Below, one piece after another: positions 55,543 to 64,000 of a stretch of DNA of 64,000 bases. This DNA is from Octopus sinensis (taxonomy: Eukaryota): assembly GCF_006345805.1 (NCBI RefSeq), contig NC_042999.1, forward strand, positions 55,428,001 through 55,492,000. The letters run 5' to 3'. How positions within the stretch are numbered: the stretch's first letter is position 1; every line of letters begins with the position of its first letter. Position numbers and translations under genes: made by a program. The notes beneath the pieces are model-generated. The model was not told where the DNA came from and did no database searches. It saw only the letters and a list, made by a program, of their open reading frames with translations.

Positions 55543-57172
55543 CTTTGATACTTTGATACTTTGATAGGTTTCGGCCATTATTGGCCCAGGCCATGTCTAA
55601 CTTAATAGCACCACCTGGTGAAGTCTTTCAAGTCAGAATTTGGGCACTATGGCCCACTCAAGTAGAGAGTTATTGTTTACAGAGACATATCCGGGTGTAG
55701 GGGGTTTATCCGGGATTTCTTGAAGAAATCTGTCCAAAGACTTCTTGAACCCTATAGGGTCAGTTTCTGTTTTAATGTGTTTTGGTGTAATGTTAAAGAG
55801 AGCGGGGCCAATTGAGGTGAAATAATTGTGCCGTATTGTTGTTATGAGATGAGAGTGCAATTTTTGTTTTGGGCGGATGGCACGGGGCCCAAGCCTTGGA
55901 TGTACCTTAAAGGTGATGCCAACATCATTTGGGCAATGCTGATGGAATATTTTCCACATCATGCAGATGATGTAGCGCTCACGACGACGTTGGAGAGAAT
56001 AGAGTTTTAGCTTTTCTAGTCGACCCCAATAGTCGAGGCCTGTCATGCCATCTATCTTTTTTGTGATTGCCCTTTGAGGTGCTTCAACTTTTATGATACC
56101 TTGTATTGTGTGGGGAGACCACAGTGGACAACAGTATTCAAGGTGGGGTCGGGCAAAAGTGGAGAAGAGAAGGATAATGGTGTGGATATCTCTCGACTGG
56201 AAAGTTCTGAGAATCCAGGAACACATTCTGCGGGCCATGTCAACTTGGTGTTTATATGAGTGGCCCAGCTTATGTTGTTGTCCACAATTACTCCCAAGTC
56301 TCTGATGTTGTTGGACGCCGCGAGAGTTTCACCTGAAGGAAGGGAGTATGGGAGTTTCAGGTCATCCTCTTTCCAAAGTGGATTAGCTCAAATTTATCCT
56401 CGTTCAGCAGCATATTGTTTTTTTCTGCCCATTGGATAACAGCCAGTAGATCTGACTGAAGGCATGTCCGGTCACTCGCCTCATTTATGACCTTCTGTAG
56501 CTTGGAGTCATCTGCAAAGATTTTTATGTTGCTGTGCTTGATGATGTCATTAATGTCATTAATGTAAATGATGAAAAGAAGTGGGCCCAGCACAGTGCCT
56601 TGCGGAACGCCACTACTGACTTTGGCTGGGCTTGATTTACCCCTTCAACTACAACATGTGAGATCTGTCTGTCAGGAAACACTTGATCCATTTCAGTAAC
56701 TTTCCAGAGACACCAATGTTGGATAGTTTTTTCAATAGGATCTTGTGATCGACCCTGTCGAAGGCCTTACTGAAATCAAGGTAGATGACATCGGTGTTGG
56801 AGCCCTCTCCCAAAGCTCTCAAAATGTCCTCAAACTGATGCAGGAGCTGCGTTAGGCAGTCCCTTCCATTACGGAACCCATGTTGGTTGGAGATCAGCCG
56901 TCTGTTGCTTTCCAGAAATTGGGTTATTCGAGATCTCACCACCCTCTCAAATACCTTGATGATATGAGAGGTGAGTGAGATCGGACGGTAATTCACTGCA
57001 AGGGACTTGTTTCCCTTTTTGAAAACTGGGACAACAGACTGGGACAGAAGGTTTTTTGGAATATAGCCAGCATCCAGTGAGTTTCTCCACAGATTAGCAA
57101 GGGGAGATGCAAGTTGGTGTCGACACACCTTCAGGACACAAGCAGGGAACCTATCGGGGCCTACTGCTGAAT
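55541..57172 (-). mobile_element. 5'-truncated CR1-group LINE (RT and 3' end)
   Basis: NYRPISLTS, QHGFR, YLDFSKAFD, GVPQGTVLGPLLF, FADDSKL, RPHLEYC, SLQRRRER; 3' tail of (ATCAAAGT)n running into (TA)n. Confidence 0.92.
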
Positions 57173-57201
57173 TGTGGGGAATGTGTGTGTGTGTGTGTAT
57201 A

Positions 57202-57595
57202 ATTTTAAATTAAATCCACAAGTCTCGCAATTATAGCCACCCATGGTTTCCTGGTCGAAATAAGAATCTATTCCGTCGTTTGTCAAGCTGAAAACAAGAC
57301 CTTTTGTCGGTTGTCTTTTGAGCAGATAACGTTTAAACAAGAGACTCTTGCAAAGAAGAAGACTATAAGGAAAAATGCAAGGGAGATAACCAACGTTACA
57401 ATAATTCGATGTCAAGCAGACGTAAACCAGATGTTAATAGTTTACTAAGCGTCTGGTTGTCTACTTTTAAATTCCGGCAAGAGGTATTTTTGAAGTGCGG
57501 ACATAAAAAAAAATCTCGTTCTTCGAATTTATGTATTTCAACCAGGAAACTCTGAGTAAGTATAACTGCAAGATTTGTGGTTTTTAATTTAAGAT
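57202..57595. repeat. Imperfect ~60 bp inverted repeats, MITE-like
   Basis: ATTTTAAATTAAATCCACAAGTCTCGCAATTATA..GTTTCCTGGTCGAAATA versus TATTTCAACCAGGAAAC..TATAACTGCAAGATTTGTGGTTTTTAATTTAAGAT. Confidence 0.6.
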
Positions 57596-57712
57596 CATCT
57601 TTACTTTCTTAGCTGATCAAGTGCTTTTCTACTTGTTGAAGCGTTACCACATAACATATCTATCTTCCTATATATCTATCTACCTATCTATTCCTCTTTC
57701 TCCCTCTCTCTT

Positions 57713-57744
<32 letters not shown>

Positions 57745-57878
57745 TGTATGTATGTATGTATGTATGTATGTATGTATGTATGTATATATGTGTATATATT
57801 TCAATATGTGACCGCGTGTGTATCGTTGGCGATTTTCTTTCTCCGTCTTCTCTTCCTTGAACTTTTTTCTTTTTCTAT

Positions 57879-57913
57879 GTTTTTGACGAAGAGCTCTACT
57901 CGAAACGTTAAAT
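57879..57913 (+). ncRNA. Decayed minimal hammerhead motif
   Basis: GTTT-TTGACGA-A-GAGC-TCT-ACTC-GAAA-CG-TT-AAAT; third copy of the 42452 family. Confidence 0.5.
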
Positions 57914-58358
57914 CCTCCTTCTTTCCTTTCCTGAGAGTCCAATAACACTATACTTGTTCCACGTCCTCGTGTTGGTGTGTTTTCTCTTTCTTCATGTTTG
58001 GATTAACTATGTGTGTATATATGTATATATATATGTGTGTGTATATACATACATACATGCATACGTACATATCTTTTGTATCCATAACTCTGGAGTATAA
58101 TAAATCGAATTGAAGTGAGTAAATACCTCAAGTGACAATCTGGATAATGCTTGGGTTTTCAGAAAAAGAAATCAACCAACTAACTCACACATTACAAACA
58201 CAATCCGTAAGTGGAACAGTAACAATATGCAAGACTTTTCTCAAGTTTAAAATGTGACATTGTGTCTCTTATCTTCATTCCAACAAAAGAGCTTTGTATA
58301 TTTGTTATAAACTAGCTCCTTCCTCGGAGGAAGAATTTAAATAATTATAAGCAGAAAA

Positions 58359-58391
<33 letters not shown>

Positions 58392-58748
58392 ACACACACC
58401 ACGCATATTAGCTTCAATATAATATTATTTCAACTGTCTGCACTCACAGTAGCTACAACCCCAATCATCACCACCACCGCCACCACCATCATGAGCACCA
58501 CCAACACCGCCGCCACAGTCGTGTCTAATGACAAGTGTACAACAATCGAAGTAATAAGGAAAGATGTCAGCTGGAAATCTGTTAAAGTTGAATCTATTAT
58601 GTTAATGTATTCAGTTAAAGTTGAATCTATTATGTTAATGTATACTGGTGTGTTAACTAAGAAAATATCGCACTGAGTGATTTCTTTTCAGCTTACAATG
58701 AATCACTGAACGGTGTAAACTTTCACCATATATTGTATTGTACCTGTT

Positions 58749-58788
<40 letters not shown>

Positions 58789-59643
58789 GTGTGTGTGTAT
58801 ATATATATATACATACACATACAATAATGTCCATAAATTTATTTTAATCTATACATATGAAAGTATATTTTAAAATATGTATAATGTATGTGTCTATGTG
58901 TGTACATACATATGTACATACAAGCATACATACATACACACATATATATATACAGACATAATATATATATATACTTATATATACATATACATATATGCAT
59001 GTATGTAAGTATATATATATGTATTATATATGTGTAAATATATATATATATATATATATACATACATATATACAATATGCTTTCATATATGAGTCTATTT
59101 ATCTTAGCCAGCTTTATGTCTTATTTTGTGAGTTTAAAAATATGTCTGCTTCCATTGTGTATATGTGTGAGCGTGCATGTATGTATAAACAGTGTATGTA
59201 TGTATAAATAGGCACATAGATTTATATGCAGACGCACGTATGTGTGTATATGTATCTATATAATGTATATGCGTATGTATATCTTCTCGCTTCTTTTAAT
59301 TAGTTTAAAAGATCTACTTCTGAGGAAGAAGTTGGTTTCCAACAAAGATTTAATGCTCGATCGCCTGAATGTAGGTAACGAAAACAATGTCATATTTTTG
59401 ACTTCAGAAAAGTTTGCATATTTTTACTGTTCCACTTACAGACTGTATTTGTAATGTGTGAGTTGGTTGAATTCTTTTTCTGAAAATCTAAGCTTATCCA
59501 GTCTGAATAAATTGTTATTGGTATAATAGCAAATTTGTAATGTAGATAGAGAAGTTGCAGGTTTCGAACAGTTATCCACTGTTATCCTTTTCTTTGATTT
59601 ACAAAGAATTATTCACATCAGCTGGGCAGCTGGTGTATGTATG

Positions 59644-59677
<34 letters not shown>

Positions 59678-59721
59678 TGTATGTATGTATGTATGTATGT
59701 ATGTATGTATGTATGTATGTA

Positions 59722-60129
59722 GGATTTCTGTGGTTTTCGTCACTGTTTACAGTTTTCTTCCATTTATTTTCAAATTTGGTCTATGGATTAAGTTTTGTAT
59801 ACTAATTACGAAAATGAAATTCATTCTTCCTATAAATCCATACTTAAAAAGTCATTAGCGTTTAAAATTTGCAAAATTTGGGTATTTTGGCCTGCCAGAA
59901 GCGAGTATTTTACGCATCACCGTGGCGAAAAACTGTTTCAATAGTAACCAAAGATGCTGCGCATGCGCACAAGGAGGAGAAGGAGATACGAGAAAGATGA
60001 TCTTCTGTTATAATAATACTCTTGTGTTTTTTCCGTCACAACATATGAATGAGAAGGAAGCGGTGGTAGATGAATAAGGAAAGAAAAGTGATAGCAAACT
60101 GGAAGTGGGAGGGTTTCAATTTTGTGTGA

Positions 60130-60165
<36 letters not shown>

Positions 60166-61035
60166 GAGAGATATGTGAATGTGTGTGTGTGTGTATGTAT
60201 GTATGTGTGTGTGCAATGGAAGTGGGATGGTGAACATTCAACGCTGAAAAGAAAAATCAAACAGCGTTTCATCTCTAAAAAGCTACAAATAGCCATTATT
60301 TTTGACGGCACGGAGCCAGCTAGTTTATTTTATAAAATCACTAGCAGTATCGCCCGGCGTTGCTCGGGTTTGTAAGGGAAATAACTATATAAGCATTTTT
60401 AGAGAGTTACTTCCCTTATATAATAGCAAAAAAATGCATTAAAAATGGGAAAAAATGATGGTAATTTTTTTTTAAATCGTAGACTCATCGTAGACGCGCG
60501 CTAATACCCAGAAGGGCTCGATATGAATCACGACTATAAGATACCCGCTTTTGGTTAAACTGCACCGCAAAATGTGGGAGTAGTTAGGAATCTAAATCGT
60601 AGGAGACAGACACTCACACAACTTCACTTTTATATATAAAGATATTCTATTGCAAACTTTCGTTATTAATTTTTAAAACTAATAAATGTCTGTTTTAAAG
60701 AATGTTTTGACTGTTATTTGTAGCAACTCCTGTTGGTTTGTTTGTTCGTAGCTTTTAAATATTTAATTTGCTCGCGAATGTTTTAATGTTAACCTTATTC
60801 GTGTATATTTTAATATTTTGACTATTATTTCTAGCAATGTTTTGACATGCCGATGCCCCACTACCCCCACCGATGATGGAAGGGGCAGGTAATATACTGT
60901 TTTCTGATTGGCTGAAAATTCTGAAAAATATCAAATTTTGAACACCTGTAACATTTTTGCTAAATTTTTCTGGAATATACATTAAACAATTTTTTTAAAG
61001 ATTATTGTAAACAGTGACGAAGACCACAAAGCTCC
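59722..61035. mobile_element. Non-autonomous TIR element inserted at TA in (TATG)n
   Basis: ~38 bp imperfect TIRs sharing TGTGGT.TTCGTCACTGTTTACA; TA on both sides. Confidence 0.65.
60341..60642 (-). mobile_element. 302 bp non-autonomous Helitron
   Basis: Minus strand starts A|TCTTTATATATAAAAG and ends CCCGAGCAACGCCGGG hairpin-CGATACTGCTAG|T; 5' TC, 3' CTAG, A-T target, no TSD. Confidence 0.88.
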
Positions 61036-61590
61036 TATATGTATATATGCATGCATGTATGTATGTATGTATGTATGTATGTATGTATGTATGTATGTAT
61101 GTATGTATGTATGTGTGTATGTATGTATATATATATGTATGTACGTATCTATGTATGCATATGTGTGTATGTATGTGTGTATGTGTGTGTTTGTGTGTGT
61201 GTATGTATATATGTATGAGTGTGTGTGTTTGAATGTATGTGTGTATGTGTGAGTATATGTATGTATGTGTGTATATGTGTATGTATGTGTATGTATGTAT
61301 GTGTGTATATGTATGTATGTATGTGCATGTATGTATGTATATATATATGTATATATGTATGTACGTATGTATGTATGTATGCATATGTGTGTATGTGTGT
61401 ATGTATATATATGTATATATGTAAGTACGTATGTAAGTATGTTTGCATGTGTGTGTTTGTGCGTGTGTATGTATGTATGTATGAGTGTATGTTTTTGTAT
61501 GTGTGTATGTGTGAGTATATGTATGTATGTGTGTATGTGTGTTTGTATGTGTATGTATGTATGTGTATGTATGTGTGTATATGTGTATAA
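61036..61590. repeat. Degenerate (TATG)/(TG)n tract
   Basis: Read directly; one of many such tracts from 26 to 63 kb. Confidence 0.9.
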
Positions 61591-61940
61591 AGTTGTGAGT
61601 TTAGAAGATCCGTCAGCAACACCAAACGCAATACAAAATGGTTGGCGGTATTTCAGCTCTTAGCGTGTCTTAGTTCAAATGTTGTCTGGTGAGTCGAAGT
61701 GCACCAAATGCCTTGCCATTGTTCCATAGAGACGGGAGGCAGCTGTGGAAGCTGACCGCGGTATTTGTCTGCTTATTGAGCTGATGGCCCGTCTTCTCAT
61801 CATAGTCATGGATACAGGATCTCCGAAAGGCATTGGAATATGTGTGTCTTTTTTAAATTCGAAACAGAATTACAAGACAGTAACTCCAGTGGTTGAAGAA
61901 GACTTGGAAACATCCTCGACAACAAGCAAGCCATAGTGTA

Positions 61941-61992
<52 letters not shown>

Positions 61993-62065
61993 CCTGTGTG
62001 AATGTGTCTGTGTGTGTGTCTGCATGTCTGTGTATCTGAATATGCATGGATGTGAAAATGTTTAC

Positions 62066-62131
<66 letters not shown>

Positions 62132-62188
62132 TATTATATATACATATATATATATACATATACAAATATACAATATATATATATATAG

Positions 62189-62243
<55 letters not shown>

Positions 62244-62349
62244 GCATATATACATAGATAATTGTATATACACATGTTTAAGATGCATATTCAGATACAT
62301 TCACGGGACACAGGGGCACGCGCACACACCTCTTAATATATATGTACGT

Positions 62350-62388
<39 letters not shown>

Positions 62389-62577
62389 AAATCAGTGTAT
62401 TTGAATGTTTGTCTAAGGGTTCATTAATATATACACCTGCTATGTGTGTGTGTATATGCATATATAAAAATATATATATATATATATATATATATACACG
62501 CACACACAGTCATATTCATTCACACAAGCTCACACACATAAATGCATATATGCATACATATACACATATAAACACGA

Positions 62578-62609
<32 letters not shown>

Positions 62610-62610
62610 G

Positions 62611-62670
<60 letters not shown>

Positions 62671-63512
62671 TATATATATATGTGTGTGTGTATATGTATG
62701 TACATATGTATATAATTTATTCAGAGTATTTCTTTCATGCTCTTTGTATATGCAAGCACCCATATGTATACACCCCACCTATACACACCTTCATACATAC
62801 ACTTTCAACAATGACGTGCATCCGTTGACTCACGCGCAGGCATACGCTTATACCTAGTCGTTTATACACACTCCACTCGACACAGACATAAAGCAAAGTT
62901 AATTAATAAAAACACCTGCCGCAAAAATCTGTGTTTATGTGATGGTGGTGGTGGTGGTGATGGGAGGATGGTGGTGGTAATAGTGACGCCGGCGGGGGAT
63001 GCGAGTGGTGGTGTCGTCGAGACGGTGGGGTGATGGTGACTGGTAAATAACTCGTCCAGAAACTACTACTGAAAGGGACTTCGATGTTCCTCCTTATTTT
63101 AAGACGGGTGGCTCGTCAGTGGTCATTATATATACATATGTCCTGTTTATATAGATAACCTCGCTGTACACGCTTGTATGTATACGCATATATAAAGGAT
63201 AAACTTGCCCTGGACGGAATTTGATCTTCGATCGTAAAGACGAACGAAATGCTGGCAGAATGTATGTATGTATGTGTGTGTGAGAGAGAGAAAGAGATAG
63301 AGAGGGAGGAGGTTTTGGTATCTAGAGAACCAAAAAGGCGGGTAAGGCCATGCAAGTACTACGGAAGGACCGCTGTTAAACTCCCGGTTCAATTATAGCG
63401 TGAGTGAGGTGTCTAATGCGGGTCGCGTGTGAGCGTGTATATGTTGAATAAAATGAGACAACAAAGCCAAAGCAGTGTGAAATTTGTAGGACATTTTATA
63501 AAGAGCGAGGTA

Positions 63513-63560
63513 GTCTTACAGCTGTTTCAGGGATAAAAAGGATATCCTATCATCAGAGAC
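63513..63560 (-). ncRNA. Minimal type I hammerhead ribozyme motif
   Basis: GTCT-CTGATGA-TAGGATAT-CCTTT-TTATCCCT-GAAA-CAGCTG-TA-AGAC. Confidence 0.75.
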
Positions 63561-63856
63561 GTTATGAGAGAGTTAAGTAGAAAGAAATAGTAGAGTTCAA
63601 AATAAGAAGTTATTATGGAAAGGGAGAAATATAGGAAATATGAGAATAAAAATAAAAAGATATGTTGAATGCTACAGTTGCAGTTCCATTATGCAAGGAA
63701 TGTGTTGTGCAGATAATAAAACTACAGCCGTAACATCCAACATATATTGTTATTTTTATTCTCATATTTTCTTTTATACTTCCCATGTCTCTCCCTTTCC
63801 ATAATAACTTCTTATATTGAACTCTACTATTTCCGTCTATTTAACTCTCTCATATC

Positions 63857-63904
63857 GTCTCTGATGATGGGATATCATTTATATCCCTGAAACAGTTGTA
63901 AGAC
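63857..63904 (+). ncRNA. Minimal type I hammerhead ribozyme motif
   Basis: GTCT-CTGATGA-T-GGGATAT-CATTT-ATATCCC-T-GAAA-CAGTTG-TA-AGAC; 7 bp stem II. Confidence 0.78.
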
Positions 63905-64000
63905 TACCCCTCTCTCTTTATAAATGTCCTAGAAAGTTCGCACTGCCTTAGCTTTGTTGTCTCATTTTATTCAATATAATAATAATAATAATAATAATAA

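Larger units (their letters stand above)
63440..63978. mobile_element. Fold-back element, ~250 bp inverted arms each carrying a hammerhead
   Basis: 63440-63686 aligns to the reverse complement of 63720-63978; ~33 nt spacer. Confidence 0.85.

Noticed and set aside
58581-58643. 33 bp tandem duplication
   Set aside because: Ordinary local slippage with no further structure.
60303-60324. Second Helitron 3' end on the plus strand (GGCACGGAGCCAGCTAGT)
   Set aside because: Weak hairpin and no matching 5' TC end identified.
61700-61936. Very decayed Gypsy RT remnant (IVP..; [10 protein letters not shown])
   Set aside because: Similarity too weak to support without alignment; no LTR or YxDD.

Overview
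AT-rich, repeat-saturated eukaryotic DNA with no recognisable intact host gene. The SINE families and microsatellite load suggest an octopus/coleoid cephalopod genome (inference). Almost all ORF-track entries are microsatellite translations. The left ~24 kb and 45.7-47.6 kb are (TAA)n arrays carrying chains of R4/Dong-clade RLE non-LTR retrotransposons, including one apparently full-length ~3.96 kb copy at 16340-20297, plus a ~555 bp non-coding TAA-flanked element and tRNA-derived SINEs. The right two-thirds is dominated by (TA)n/(CA)n/(TATG)n arrays. It holds a Penelope-like RT fragment, CR1-group, RTE, mariner and hAT relics, MITEs and a small Helitron. The main signal outside the ORF track is about ten minimal type I hammerhead-ribozyme motifs (stem I-CUGANGA-stem II-GAAA-palindromic mini stem III-UH) in at least five unrelated short repeat families, often in inverted-arm structures. 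One is a tRNA-headed (Pol III A/B box) element with a hammerhead, an inverted 5'-truncated second arm and a 12-bp direct flank repeat, i.e. a candidate Penelope-mobilised ribozyme SINE. All coordinates were read by eye; ends of decayed elements are approximate.
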